From positions 53,638 to 117,637 of the forward strand of contig JBBIIG010000001.1 in assembly GCA_037446635.1 (NCBI GenBank): 64,000 nt of DNA, written 5' to 3'. The stretch's first letter is position 1, and every line of letters starts with the position of its first letter. Origin of the DNA: a bacterium (GTDB lineage Bacteria; Zhuqueibacterota; Zhuqueibacteria; Oceanimicrobiales; Oceanimicrobiaceae). A program made the translations under genes and the position numbers. Shown piece after piece: positions 39,347 to 49,473 of this stretch. Below the pieces are notes generated by a model. The model was not told the origin of the DNA and did no database searches. It saw nothing but the letters and a program-made list of their open reading frames with translations.

Positions 39347-40717
39347 TCAACTCGATAACAAAAAATTTATTGCTTCGTCGCGCGCCAGCCGTTTCTGCTC
39401 ACCCGTGCTCATGGTTTTGAGGGTCACTTTTTGTTCGGCGAGTTCATCCGGTCCAATGATCGCCACATACGGGATGCGTTTTTTGTCGGCGAAAGTAAAT
39501 TGTTTTTTAAGTTTACTCAGCTCAAAAAAATGCTCGGCATTGATTCCAGCGGCGCGCAGTTCTTGAGTAAAATTAAGACTGGCAGCGATAGTAGCCTCAT
39601 CGAAGAGCGTCACCAAAACCTGGGTTTTGGTTGGCGATTCCGGGAACATCTTCAGCTCCGTCATCACGTCGATGATGCGTTCAATTCCAAACGCCACGCC
39701 GGTGGCCGGAATATCCCGGCCGAGAAACATGCCAATCAAGCGGTCGTAGCGGCCGCCGCCGCTGAGGCTTCCCATTTTCGGCTCGTCGATTACCGACTCG
39801 TGAATGGGGCCGGTGTAATAACCCAGGCCGCGCGCCAAAAATAGATCAACGCGAACGGCGTCGCGGCGCACGCCCAAAGCGTCAAGGTTTTGCAGAATCT
39901 GTTTTAGTTCGTCTGCGCCGGCGCGTAATTCTTCGTTGGCGTCGAAGAACTTGCTCAAATCGGAAAGCACACTCTCGGGGTTTGCGGAGAGTTCGAAAAC
40001 AGAAAAAATCTTGTTAATCTCAGAAGCGGACAACCCGCGAGCCCGCAATTCGCTTTTGACGCCCTCGAGTCCGGCTTTCTCCAATTTGTCGATGGCGACC
40101 AGCGCCGCGTTCCACTTCTCCGGGGCGACGCCGCCGAATTTCAAAATGCCGTTCAAAATTTTTCGATGATTGAGCCGGATCGAAAAATTCTTAAAACCCA
40201 ATTGCGATAAAACCTCAAACACAATGGCGATGATTTCCGCGTCCGCCAGCATCGACGCCGTGCCCACTGCGTCCACGTCGCACTGGTAGAATTCGCGGTA
40301 GCGGCCGCGCTGCGGGCGATCGGCCCGCCACACCGGCTGAATCTGATAGCGCTTAAACGGCAGAACAATCTCATTTTCGTGCATCGCCACCACGCGGCTC
40401 AGCGGCACCGTGAGATCGTAGCGCAGCGCTTCCTCCACCAAATCGTGGTAGCTTGAAACCGTGAACTCGCTTTCCCCTCTCAGCAAATCTTCGAGGCCGG
40501 AGCCGCGCTTTAACACTTTGAAAATGAGCTGCTCGCCTTCTTCGCCGTATTTCCCGGAAAGGACGTCCAACTTTTCGATGGCGGGCGTCTCCAAGGGCTG
40601 GTAGCCAAGGCGCTCGAAAACCGCACGCACCTTTTCCATCACAAACTGCCGGCGAGCCATTTGTTCCGGCAAAAAATCGCGCGTGCCTTTTGGCAAGCTC
40701 GGTTTGATTAGTCCCAT
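39347..40717 (-). CDS. hisS: Histidine--tRNA ligase
   Basis: PKGTRDF; LRYDLTVPLSR; RYQIQPVWRADRPQRGRYREFYQCD; LARGLGYYTG; GGGRYD; FGIERI. Confidence 0.97.
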   Translation of the reverse strand: MGLIKPSLPKGTRDFLPEQMARRQFVMEKVRAVFERLGYQPLETPAIEKLDVLSGKYGEEGEQLIFKVLKRGSGLEDLLRGESEFTVSSYHDLVEEALRYDLTVPLSRVVAMHENEIVLPFKRYQIQPVWRADRPQRGRYREFYQCDVDAVGTASMLADAEIIAIVFEVLSQLGFKNFSIRLNHRKILNGILKFGGVAPEKWNAALVAIDKLEKAGLEGVKSELRARGLSASEINKIFSVFELSANPESVLSDLSKFFDANEELRAGADELKQILQNLDALGVRRDAVRVDLFLARGLGYYTGPIHESVIDEPKMGSLSGGGRYDRLIGMFLGRDIPATGVAFGIERIIDVMTELKMFPESPTKTQVLVTLFDEATIAASLNFTQELRAAGINAEHFFELSKLKKQFTFADKKRIPYVAIIGPDELAEQKVTLKTMSTGEQKRLARDEAINFLLSS

Positions 40718-40732
40718 TTTACTTGACTAAAA

Positions 40733-42502
40733 TTAAAGTGAAAGTTCGATGTCGTGCAGCGGGGTTAGAATGTCTCCCCTCGCAACTAAATCAGACATCA
40801 ACTGAATTTTAGAATGAAGATACTCGTCATCTTTCATCAAAGCAAACGGCGTCGTTCCCGAAGGCGTCGTATAATTTTTGAGAAAACGAAAAACCGCGCC
40901 GGCGCCGCGCCCCAACGGAAAAACTTCAAAGGAGGTGCTGGCCTCCGCGGCGCTCAGGTGCAGCGCCTGCACCGCACACAAAAATTCGATAGCCAGCAAA
41001 TTCCGCACGTTTTGGCAAACTTTGAGCGCTTTGCGCGCCGCCGTCCATCCCATGCTGACGTGATCTTCCTGATTGTCGGACGTCGGGATGCTGTCCACGC
41101 TGGCGGGATGCGCAAGGATTTTGTTCTCCGCGACTAATTGCGCCGCGGTGTACTGCAGCAGCATGTAGCCGGAATTCAGTCCGGCTTTGCCGCCGGTTAA
41201 ATTGCGCGGTAGGCCGTAACTCATCGCCGGACTGAGCAGCCGAAACACCCGGCGTTCGGAGATGCTGCCGATTTCCGCTGCGGCGATGGCCCAAAAATCC
41301 ATCGCCAGGGCCAGCGGCTCGCCGTGAAAATTGCCGCCGCTTTTGGATTCATACCCTGAACCGTTCGCCGTTGGGAAAATCACCGGGTTGTCCGTCACCG
41401 CGGTGATTTCCCGCTCGACGATGTTTTTCACAAAGGCAATCGCATCTTTGCACGCGCCGTGCACCTGCGGCACGCAGCGCAGGGAGTAGGCGTCCTGCAC
41501 GCGATTTTTTTCAAACTCATAATCGAATTTATATTTTTTTATGGCCTCAGCCAATTCAGAATTCTGCACGCGCTGCGCGATCTGCTTTTTGGTGATGAAA
41601 TTAAAATAAGCCAGGCGCGCTGCCGGGGTCATGCGTTGGCTGTCCTGAATTAAAGAGCGAATGTTGCGCGCGGTGGTGATTTGTCCGGCCTGCCGGCGCA
41701 AGTCGTGCAGCTCCGCCGCGAAGGCGTCCTTCTCCCCCATCATCGCTTCAAGACTCAGCGCCGCGGCGACGTCCGCGGTTTTCAGCAGAATCTCGACGTC
41801 GTGCACCAACCGCACCGCGATGGCAAGCATGAACGCGGTGGCGTTCGTCAGCGAGACCGACTCTTTCGCCTGCAGGCGTATTGGCCGGAAGATGACCTCG
41901 TCGCCATCGTGAACAAAATGGAGATCGCCGGACTCATCTTTCAAATCCTGCAGCCGCTTTCTCTCATTGCCCACCCAAATCTCCGCCTCGTCTTCTCCCA
42001 CCAGCACTGCGGCCACGTGCGTCAACTGCGCCAGGTCGCCGCTGGCGCCCAACGAACCCTGTTGCGGCACCACCGGGTGAATTCGTTTGTTTAGCATCTC
42101 AATCAGCTTGTCAATCACCAACGGGCGGACGCCGGAGTAGCCTTTGGAAAGCGCGTTCGCCTGCAGCAAGATGGCGCCGCGAACGATTTCAACCTCCAGC
42201 GGCTCGCCGACCCCCACGCAGTGGGATTTGACATAGAGTTCTTGAAATCGTTCAATTTGTTCGGCACCGATTCTGACGTTTTTCAAAACGCCCACGCCGG
42301 TGTTGAACCCATAGCGCGGCGGCGCGTTCTCGCTCAGCCAATTTTCCTCAACGAATTTCCGGACGGCTTCGACTTTCTTTCGTCTCGCACCCTCGAAGGG
42401 CGCGACTCGCGCAAAATGGCGCGCCACCGCGATAATTTTCTCGAGGGTTAATTCGCCCTCGTTGATTGAAATGTCAAACTTTGGGGCATGACCCGGTTGC
42501 AT
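40733..42502 (-). CDS. hutH: Histidine ammonia-lyase (MIO-dependent aromatic amino-acid lyase)
   Basis: YGFNTGVG; KSHCVGVG; GSLGASGDL (MIO ASG); VQDAYSLRCVPQVHG; SGGNFHGEP; NQEDHVSMG. ATG overlaps the purL stop. Confidence 0.85.
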   Translation of the reverse strand: MQPGHAPKFDISINEGELTLEKIIAVARHFARVAPFEGARRKKVEAVRKFVEENWLSENAPPRYGFNTGVGVLKNVRIGAEQIERFQELYVKSHCVGVGEPLEVEIVRGAILLQANALSKGYSGVRPLVIDKLIEMLNKRIHPVVPQQGSLGASGDLAQLTHVAAVLVGEDEAEIWVGNERKRLQDLKDESGDLHFVHDGDEVIFRPIRLQAKESVSLTNATAFMLAIAVRLVHDVEILLKTADVAAALSLEAMMGEKDAFAAELHDLRRQAGQITTARNIRSLIQDSQRMTPAARLAYFNFITKKQIAQRVQNSELAEAIKKYKFDYEFEKNRVQDAYSLRCVPQVHGACKDAIAFVKNIVEREITAVTDNPVIFPTANGSGYESKSGGNFHGEPLALAMDFWAIAAAEIGSISERRVFRLLSPAMSYGLPRNLTGGKAGLNSGYMLLQYTAAQLVAENKILAHPASVDSIPTSDNQEDHVSMGWTAARKALKVCQNVRNLLAIEFLCAVQALHLSAAEASTSFEVFPLGRGAGAVFRFLKNYTTPSGTTPFALMKDDEYLHSKIQLMSDLVARGDILTPLHDIELSL

Positions 42503-44742
42503 TACCTGCTCTCCTGTTTTTGTCCTTCTACTTTGCGACGAATCGCGTGATGATAAAGGTCGAACAAAACCTCCACTCGGCGCCGAATGATTTCGTTTAA
42601 AATCAACTCCTCCCCGCCAACGTTGCCGATGATGGTTAGCGGCGCCGAGTGCTGAGCGCAAATCGCTTTCAAACGATCAATATCCGGCTCTTTTACGGAC
42701 ACGATGATCCGAGATTGATCTTCGCCAAACAAAAGGAAGTCGGGGCGTCCGTTCAAATTCAAATGAATTCTCGCGCCCAATTTTTTCTGCGGATTCAAAA
42801 AGCAGCATTCCGCCAGCGCCGCCGCCAGCCCGCCTTCCGAAACATCGTGTGCGGATTGCACCACTCCCGCGCGAATGGCTGCGAGGCAGGCCAACTGCAA
42901 GCGCTTTTCAAAATCCAAATCGAGCTTCGGACAATCGCCGGCCGCTTTGCCAAACTGAATCTTCAAATATTCGCTGCCGCCGATTTCGCCGCGGTTCTCG
43001 CCGAGCAGGAGAATCACGTCGCCTTCGTTTTTAAACCAGGCGGTCGCTATGTGAGATAAATCTTCGACGATGCCGATCATCCCAATTACCGGCGTTGGAT
43101 AAACGGCGCCGTCCGGATTTTCGTTATAAAAACTCACGTTGCCGCCGGTGACCGGCGTGTCCAAAGCGCGGCACGCCTCCCCGATTCCCGCCACCGCTTC
43201 TTTGAACTGCCAGAAAATTTCCGGCTTGTAGGGATTGCCGAAGTTCAAACAATTGGTGATGGCCACCGGCTTGCCGCCGCTGCACACCACATTGCGCGCC
43301 GATTCGGCCACCGCGATTTGCGCTCCCACTCGCGGATTCAAAAATACGTAGCGGCCGTTGCCATCGGTTTTCATGGCCAGCGCACGGTTCGTGCCTTTGA
43401 TGCGAATCACCGCGGCGTCGGAGCCGGGCAGAACGACAGTGTTGGTCCGCACCATGTGGTCGTACTGCTGAATCACCCACTCTTTGCTGGCAATGGTGGG
43501 CGAGGCGAGCAGGTTTTCCAAAATCGCATTGTAGTCGCTCGGCTCCGGCAGCGATGTCAAATCAAATGAGTACAGTTCGTCGAGATAAGCCGGCTTTCGC
43601 GCCTCGCGATAATAAACCGGCGCGCCGCCGCCCAGCACCAGCGTTTCCGCCGGAATGCTGGCGACTTTTTTTCCGTTGTGAAAAACGTTCAGCAGCGGTG
43701 AGTTCGTCACCTCGCCGATGATCTCCGCATGCAAATCCCACTTTTTGCAGATGGATTTGACTGCTTCTTCTTTACCTTTTTTGGCCACCACCAGCATCCG
43801 TTCCTGCGATTCCGAAAGCATGATCTCGTAAGCGCTCATGCCCTTTTCTCGCAGGGGTACCTGATCCAGATCAATATTCATTCCGCTGCTGCCGCGCGCA
43901 GACATTTCACTGGTGGAACAGGTGATGCCCGCCGCACCCATGTCCTGCACGCCGACAATCAAATCCTGTTTGATTAATTCCAACGTCGCTTCTAACAGCA
44001 GTTTTTCGGTGAAGGGATCGCCCACTTGCACCTGCGGCCGGCGTTCTTCGGAGCCTTCGTCGATTTCTTCGGAGGCGAACGTGGCGCCGTGAATGCCATC
44101 GCGGCCGGTGGACGCGCCAATGACCATCACCGCATTCCCTGCACCTTTAGCGATTGCCTTGGCGATGCGCTCGTGCTTGACGATCCCCACCGCCATGCAG
44201 TTCACCAGCGGGTTGCCGGTATAGCATTCTTCAAAATAGATTTCGCCGGCCACAGTGGGCACGCCGAAGCAGTTGCCGTAATCGCCGATGCCGCGCACCA
44301 CGCCGTCGAACAGGTAGCGCACCCGCGGATCATCGAGGGGGCCGAAGCGCAGGGAATTGAGCGCGGCAATGGGTCGCGCGCCCATGGTGAAGATGTCGCG
44401 CAGAATTCCACCCACGCCAGTGGCTGCTCCCTGGTACGGCTCAACCGCAGAGGGATGATTGTGGCTTTCGATTTTGAACGCCACCGCGAGGCCATCGCCG
44501 ATGTCAATCAGGCCGGCATTTTCTTCACCGGCTTTCACCAGCAGATGTTTGCCATCGCGCGGCAGTGTCTTTAAAAGCGCAATCGAGTTTTTGTAGCTGC
44601 AGTGCTCCGACCACATCACCGAAAAAATGCCCAACTCGGTGAACGTGGGGACGCGGCCTAAAATCTCGAGGATTCGCTGATATTCCTCTTCACTTAGGCC
44701 GTGGGATTGCGCCAGCTTCAAATCGACTTGCGGTTCGGTCAT
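42502..44742 (-). CDS. purL: Phosphoribosylformylglycinamidine synthase subunit PurL (small type)
   Basis: [58 protein letters not shown]. Confidence 0.97.
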   Translation of the reverse strand: MTEPQVDLKLAQSHGLSEEEYQRILEILGRVPTFTELGIFSVMWSEHCSYKNSIALLKTLPRDGKHLLVKAGEENAGLIDIGDGLAVAFKIESHNHPSAVEPYQGAATGVGGILRDIFTMGARPIAALNSLRFGPLDDPRVRYLFDGVVRGIGDYGNCFGVPTVAGEIYFEECYTGNPLVNCMAVGIVKHERIAKAIAKGAGNAVMVIGASTGRDGIHGATFASEEIDEGSEERRPQVQVGDPFTEKLLLEATLELIKQDLIVGVQDMGAAGITCSTSEMSARGSSGMNIDLDQVPLREKGMSAYEIMLSESQERMLVVAKKGKEEAVKSICKKWDLHAEIIGEVTNSPLLNVFHNGKKVASIPAETLVLGGGAPVYYREARKPAYLDELYSFDLTSLPEPSDYNAILENLLASPTIASKEWVIQQYDHMVRTNTVVLPGSDAAVIRIKGTNRALAMKTDGNGRYVFLNPRVGAQIAVAESARNVVCSGGKPVAITNCLNFGNPYKPEIFWQFKEAVAGIGEACRALDTPVTGGNVSFYNENPDGAVYPTPVIGMIGIVEDLSHIATAWFKNEGDVILLLGENRGEIGGSEYLKIQFGKAAGDCPKLDLDFEKRLQLACLAAIRAGVVQSAHDVSEGGLAAALAECCFLNPQKKLGARIHLNLNGRPDFLLFGEDQSRIIVSVKEPDIDRLKAICAQHSAPLTIIGNVGGEELILNEIIRRRVEVLFDLYHHAIRRKVEGQKQESR

Positions 44743-44815
44743 CTTAGTTTGCGATTATTGTCATTGCGAGTTAAACAATCGACACATCGTTTTATCAGCA
44801 GCGACACATTTAAAG

Positions 44816-44912
44816 TGTCATTTCGAGGCGAAGCCGAGAAATCTGAGATAGCACGATCCGAGTGTTACCAGATTTCTCAGCCGACAAAAAGCGTCGGCTT
44901 CGAAATGACAAC
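44816..44912. repeat. Second copy of the TGTCATTTCGA...TCGAAATGACA palindromic element
   Basis: TIR plus internal GAGAAATCTG/CAGATTTCTC stem; 3' half matches 1473-1519. Confidence 0.8.
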
Positions 44913-44922
44913 TACTACGGAC

Positions 44923-46317
44923 TTAGAGAGAGATTGAAATTTCGCTGCTCACTTCTTTGAAAAAATATTTGTACGATGAGTACGTGGGTTCCACTTTGAG
45001 CTTGACGGTGTATTTTCCTTCATCAAATTTCTTAGCCACGCTGTTTTCTAATTCCGAAAGGAAGCCGCTCTCAAAATTCGCATCTAAATAGATTTTTTGA
45101 TTGCCGGAAAAATATTGTTTTTTTGCGAAAACTTCAAGCGGACGCTCAGCGCCGGGTTGGATCAGGGAGAGGGTAAGATAGGCCGGCTCGGTCAAGAAGA
45201 AATCAATTTGCAGCACGCCGAGTTTTGGCCGCCATGAAGTTTCAAAATTAAAGATATCCACGCCCACCCAGAAATACTGCGCGGATTCTTTTTCAGCCAC
45301 AAACACCTGTCCGAACCGTTTGTAAATGGCGATGCCGCGCGGCTCCATGAATTCTTTGTCCCCACTGCCTTTGCGCCCGAAGGTAGTCAAGTAGTTCAAG
45401 TCGCGATCAAATTTATGAAGGCAGTGATTGGCGGTGTCGGTCACCCAGATGTTGCTGTAGTAGTCGGTCGCCAGGTACGCCAGACGGCCGCTGCTGAAAC
45501 CAAAGTCTTTGAGACGAATCGCCTGCTGAAATTTGCCGTCGAGGGTGAATTTTTGAATGCGAGTGTGGTCGAGATCGATCACCGCTAAAAATTCATCTTT
45601 GTAGTACGACCAACGCTCGTCGCCATCGGTAACAGTAATTCCGCTGGGGCGCCAAAGCTCGCCGTCGTTTACTCCCTGTTTGCCGAACCAACGATCGAGC
45701 ACATCGTCCGCCCGCAAAACTTGAATGCGATGATTGCCGGTGTCGCTCACGTACACGTGCCCGCGGCTATCCAGCGCCACGCCCTCCGGCGCATTGAAAA
45801 AACCCGGCGCTGCACCCAATCCGCCGATACCTTTAACGAACGTGAGACTGCGAGCCAGATTCTTGAAACGCACAATACGATGATTGCCCGTATCTGCAAC
45901 GTAAACGTCGCCAATTTCGTTGGCTGCCACGCCGCGCGGATTTTTCAATGCGCGGCCGCCTTTTTCATTCAAACCATAAAATCCCAGCGCAGTCATCGAC
46001 GTGTTATAAACGATCATATTCTCACCCGAGTTGACGCCGTAGCCAGTAACTTCATCGTCGTCTTTCGCGTCGTTGGGATTGTCCCAGCTTTTGAGGCGCA
46101 CCACCGCAATGCCCTGTGGATCATGCACTTTAACTTTGTTCTTCGTGTAAATGGCAAGATGAGTTTTGGTCGCTTTGCGGATGCCCATGGTATGCAAAAA
46201 AGCCGGATAGACCAACGTGGTAGGATCATAAGTCGTGTCGCCAGCGCCCAATAACATCGGCAGCAACACGAGTAAAAGCCAACGCAATCCGCGCTGTTTA
46301 TTCTCGTGGAAAATCAA
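44923..46317 (-). CDS. Exported NHL-repeat (beta-propeller) protein
   Basis: Signal-like N-terminus; repeats PRGVA..GDVYVADTGNHRI, PEGVALD..VYVSDTGNHRIQV, FMEPRGIAI. Confidence 0.85.
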   Translation of the reverse strand: MIFHENKQRGLRWLLLVLLPMLLGAGDTTYDPTTLVYPAFLHTMGIRKATKTHLAIYTKNKVKVHDPQGIAVVRLKSWDNPNDAKDDDEVTGYGVNSGENMIVYNTSMTALGFYGLNEKGGRALKNPRGVAANEIGDVYVADTGNHRIVRFKNLARSLTFVKGIGGLGAAPGFFNAPEGVALDSRGHVYVSDTGNHRIQVLRADDVLDRWFGKQGVNDGELWRPSGITVTDGDERWSYYKDEFLAVIDLDHTRIQKFTLDGKFQQAIRLKDFGFSSGRLAYLATDYYSNIWVTDTANHCLHKFDRDLNYLTTFGRKGSGDKEFMEPRGIAIYKRFGQVFVAEKESAQYFWVGVDIFNFETSWRPKLGVLQIDFFLTEPAYLTLSLIQPGAERPLEVFAKKQYFSGNQKIYLDANFESGFLSELENSVAKKFDEGKYTVKLKVEPTYSSYKYFFKEVSSEISISL

Positions 46318-48167
46318 TTTGTACGGCCGTCTACAAAGTGAAAGTATTCCCAGATTCTTCTGGCCAATTCTTGGGTGATGCCTGTCACCATTTCAATTTC
46401 ATCGATGGTGGCTTCGCGAAGGCTGTTGACGGAGCCAAAATGTTTGATGAGCGCACGCCGCCGCGCCGGCCCCACACCGGGAATGGCGTCCACCGCGGAT
46501 TGAATGGTGCGCTTGCGCCGCAGCAAACGATGATAAGTAACTGCGAAGCGATGCGCTTCGTCGCGAATCTGCTGCAACAGTTTGAGCCCGGAAGAAGTTT
46601 TGGGAATGTTCTGCGCATCCGGCGACTCCGGCACAAACACCTCGTCCAAGCGCTTGGCCAACGCAACAATTGGGATGTCTGTCCGCTGCAATTGCGTTAA
46701 AACGCCGAGGGCGGTGGAAAGCTGGCCTTTGCCGCCATCCACTAAAATCAGGTCAGGCAGCTCCAATTTTTCCGACAACGATCCGCTGTAGCGCCGGCGC
46801 ACGGCCTCCGCCATCATCGTGAAGTCGTCGGGCGTTTCTTTGACTTTAATTTTGAAGCGGCGATAGTCGCTCTTTTTCGGCTTGCCGTTCACAAACGTCA
46901 CCATCGAGGCCACGGGATTCGTGCCCTGAATGTTGGAGATGTCGAAGCACTCGATGCGGCGCGGTGGATTTTTCAATCGCAAATCGCGCTGCAGCGCTTT
47001 GACATTGTGCGGAATGTAATCTTTCTGTTTGAGCTTTTGCAGCTTCAATTCTTCCAGTAGCAGATGCGCGTTCTTCATTCCCATCTCCATCAACTTCGCC
47101 TTTTGCCCTATTTTGGGATGGATTAGCTTAACGCTGCGCTCTGCTTTCTCCGATAGCCACTTTTCCACTGGCTCCGTTTCCGGAATTTCCACCGGCAAAT
47201 AAATTTCTTCGGGGATGAAATCCGATTTCAAATAAAACTGTTTCAGAAATGATGCGACGACATTTTCGTACGCCTCCTCCTCCACCCCATTCAAATAAAA
47301 ATGTTGGCGGCCCAAAATTTTGCCGTCGCGCACTTTGAAAACCACGCCGCAGGCATCCTCCCCTTCCAGCGCCACGGTGACAATATCGCGATCAGTGGCA
47401 TCATCGGTCACCACCTTTTGTTTGTATTGAAACTCTTCGATGGATTGAATTTGATCGCGAACGCGCGCCGCATCTTCGTAGCGCTTCGCTTGCGCCAGCC
47501 GCCACATCTTTTCTTTAAGCTCCACCACCACCTGATTGTTTTTGCCGTTGATGAATTTGACGATCTGCTCGACGGTTTCTTGGTATTCTTTTTCGCCAAT
47601 CAAGCCTTCGCAGGGGCCGTCGCATTTTTTGATATAATAGTCAAGACAGAGTTTGTATTTCTTTTTCGCGACCGCTTCCTCCGTCAAATCGTAATTGCAA
47701 CTGCGGATGGGAAAAAGCCGCTTCACTGACTTTAGCAAATTTCGCATCGAGCCGACGTCGGTGTACGGGCCGAAATAGCGCGAGCCGTCGCGGACAATTT
47801 TGCGGGTGGGGAAAATGCGCGGAAAGCGCTCGTTGGTGACGCGAATGTAGGGATAACTTTTGTCGTCCTTGAGATTGACGTTGTAGCGCGGCTTGTACTC
47901 TTTGATGAGATTCATCTCTAAAATCAGAGCTTCCATCTCGCTGTCGGTGACGATAGTTTCCAAATCGGCAATTTTCGATTTTAGCCGCTCTAACTTTGCC
48001 CCCTCGAGGCGCCCGTTTTGGAAATACGACCGCACGCGGTTCTGCAGCACTTTGGCTTTGCCGATGTAGATGATCTTCCCTTTGGCGTCTTTGAAGAGAT
48101 AGCAGCCGGGTTTTTTGGGAACATTATCTAATTTTTCTTGGAGAGTTTGCGGTTGATTTTCAGTCAT
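46314..48167 (-). CDS. uvrC: Excinuclease ABC subunit C
   Basis: GIY-YIG (PGCYLF...IYIGKAK.L.NRVRSYF); KPRYNVNLKDDKSYPY; IECFDISN; PDLILVDGGKGQ; RDEAHRFA; HhH. Confidence 0.97.
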   Translation of the reverse strand: MTENQPQTLQEKLDNVPKKPGCYLFKDAKGKIIYIGKAKVLQNRVRSYFQNGRLEGAKLERLKSKIADLETIVTDSEMEALILEMNLIKEYKPRYNVNLKDDKSYPYIRVTNERFPRIFPTRKIVRDGSRYFGPYTDVGSMRNLLKSVKRLFPIRSCNYDLTEEAVAKKKYKLCLDYYIKKCDGPCEGLIGEKEYQETVEQIVKFINGKNNQVVVELKEKMWRLAQAKRYEDAARVRDQIQSIEEFQYKQKVVTDDATDRDIVTVALEGEDACGVVFKVRDGKILGRQHFYLNGVEEEAYENVVASFLKQFYLKSDFIPEEIYLPVEIPETEPVEKWLSEKAERSVKLIHPKIGQKAKLMEMGMKNAHLLLEELKLQKLKQKDYIPHNVKALQRDLRLKNPPRRIECFDISNIQGTNPVASMVTFVNGKPKKSDYRRFKIKVKETPDDFTMMAEAVRRRYSGSLSEKLELPDLILVDGGKGQLSTALGVLTQLQRTDIPIVALAKRLDEVFVPESPDAQNIPKTSSGLKLLQQIRDEAHRFAVTYHRLLRRKRTIQSAVDAIPGVGPARRRALIKHFGSVNSLREATIDEIEMVTGITQELARRIWEYFHFVDGRTN

Positions 48168-48192
48168 ACCTTCTAAAGCTCATGACAAAGAG

Positions 48193-48431
48193 CTACGCTG
48201 ATTTTGAATTGGCCTCTATCGGATCATAGTGCAACACCGTAATCTGCTCTGGGCGCAAACCCACCGATTCATAGGTTCGCCCTTCCCGATCCGAGAATTC
48301 CACTTGGAATGCCTCACCATTTGCGAGAATCTCAACCACGATGCCGACTTGTCCGCGCCAGAGATTATATTCTGGTAAGTCAACTGTGCAACTACTACAT
48401 CACGTAAATTGATTTTTTCTTTATAATTCAC
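48193..48431 (-). pseudogene. Frameshifted DUF4926-family gene (second copy)
   Basis: Frame 1 MNYKEKINLRDVVV continues after a 1-nt shift near 48388 as TVDLPEYNLWRGQVGIVVEILANGEAFQVEFSDREGRTYESVGLRPEQITVLHYDP...TAG; 239 nt in total. Confidence 0.75.
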
Positions 48432-48458
48432 TCAACTTCAAACAGGAAAGCGCCCACC

Positions 48459-48680
48459 CTAACTCTTAACTGCTTCAAGATTTTCCGCGATCTGATGCAA
48501 AACAAGCAAATTATCTTGATGAATCGGTACTTGTTCGTAAACCTGTCCTTCGTTATCGGAAAACTCAACCAAAAAATGGGTATCGGAAAGCTTGGCAACC
48601 ACCGTTCCCGTAGTTCCCCGTGTAATTGGGGTATTTGCGATATCAACTAAAACTGCGACATAGTCATGAACTTGAATCAT
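48459..48680 (-). CDS. DUF4926-domain protein (putative antitoxin/immunity)
   Basis: DYVAVLVD...RGTTGTVV....FLVEFSDNEGQVY...LLVLH; ATGA overlap with the upstream gene. Confidence 0.75.
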   Translation of the reverse strand: MIQVHDYVAVLVDIANTPITRGTTGTVVAKLSDTHFLVEFSDNEGQVYEQVPIHQDNLLVLHQIAENLEAVKS

Positions 48681-49027
48681 CTTTCCCTCTTTTTGCTTTT
48701 GATAAAGCAGGACGTTAAATATGGGATATCATCACCTTTGTGAACAATCCATAAAGTACACAAAATTTCTTTTTGATTAATCCCTTTAACCTCATTTTCA
48801 ACTCTAAATATTTTTCCAAAAACAATCTCTGGTTCTTTCGTTACTTTTCCATTTTTCGCCGATTGCAAAACTAATTTTTTAAGCCCTCCACTATTCTCTC
48901 GAGTAATTCCGAGTGCTTTCTCAAATATTTTTGCTTTATGTCTTCCATCAGGATGAAATGGATTTAAACAGTAATCTTCCATTTTCCCCTCAGGAATAAT
49001 CGCTTTCGATCCGTTAGGTAATTTCAT
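48677..49027 (-). CDS. DUF6883-domain protein (putative toxin)
   Basis: MKLPNGSKAIIPEGKMEDYCLNPFHPDGRHKAKIFEKALGIT...FG....TLWIV....PYLTSCF; visibly AT-rich. Confidence 0.7.
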   Translation of the reverse strand: MKLPNGSKAIIPEGKMEDYCLNPFHPDGRHKAKIFEKALGITRENSGGLKKLVLQSAKNGKVTKEPEIVFGKIFRVENEVKGINQKEILCTLWIVHKGDDIPYLTSCFIKSKKRER

Positions 49028-49437
49028 TTACCCATCTTCGGATATTCCACCAGCTCCATCAAAATCCCACCCGTGCTTTTGGGGTGAATAAACGCCACCT
49101 TCGAGCCGCCGGCGCCCTGCTCCGAGGCCTGTTCAATAAACTGAAATCCCTGTGTGATCAACGCGGCTTTGGCTTTAGCTAGATCGTCCACCTCAAAACA
49201 AATGTGATGAAAGCCCTCGCCGCGCTTTTCGATGAATTTGGAAATGGGTGAGTTGGCGTCGGTGCCTTTCAAAAGCTCCAGTCGCACCTCGCCCACTGGA
49301 AAAAACGCCGTGGCCACTTTGTGTTCGGGAACGATTTCTTTGTGAGCGGCCGGCTGGCCGGTGAGGTCGGCGTATTTTTTGATCGCCGCTTCAAGGTCAG
49401 CGACGGCTATGCCGATGTGATCGATTTTTTTCAACAT
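49024..49437 (-). CDS. mce: Methylmalonyl-CoA epimerase
   Basis: IDHIGIAV; LELL; SPISKFIEKRGEGFHHICFEVDD; VAFIHPKSTGGILMELVE. Confidence 0.92.
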   Translation of the reverse strand: MLKKIDHIGIAVADLEAAIKKYADLTGQPAAHKEIVPEHKVATAFFPVGEVRLELLKGTDANSPISKFIEKRGEGFHHICFEVDDLAKAKAALITQGFQFIEQASEQGAGGSKVAFIHPKSTGGILMELVEYPKMGK

Positions 49438-49473
49438 GGCGAAAAGTAACAAAGGCGAGGCTGAAAATCAAGC

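Noticed and set aside
39163..39420. 85-aa + strand ORF
   Set aside because: It starts on top of the sigma54 box, has no RBS, runs through the hairpin and overlaps hisS.
42502..42661. N-terminal extensions in the ORF track (hutH here; also pcrA 60393-60509 and anti-sigma 53753-53848)
   Set aside because: They overlap upstream genes; downstream starts with coupled stop/start junctions fit better.
48216..48646. 71-aa and 72-aa minus-strand ORFs
   Set aside because: They are alternative frames of the DUF4926 pseudogene and gene.
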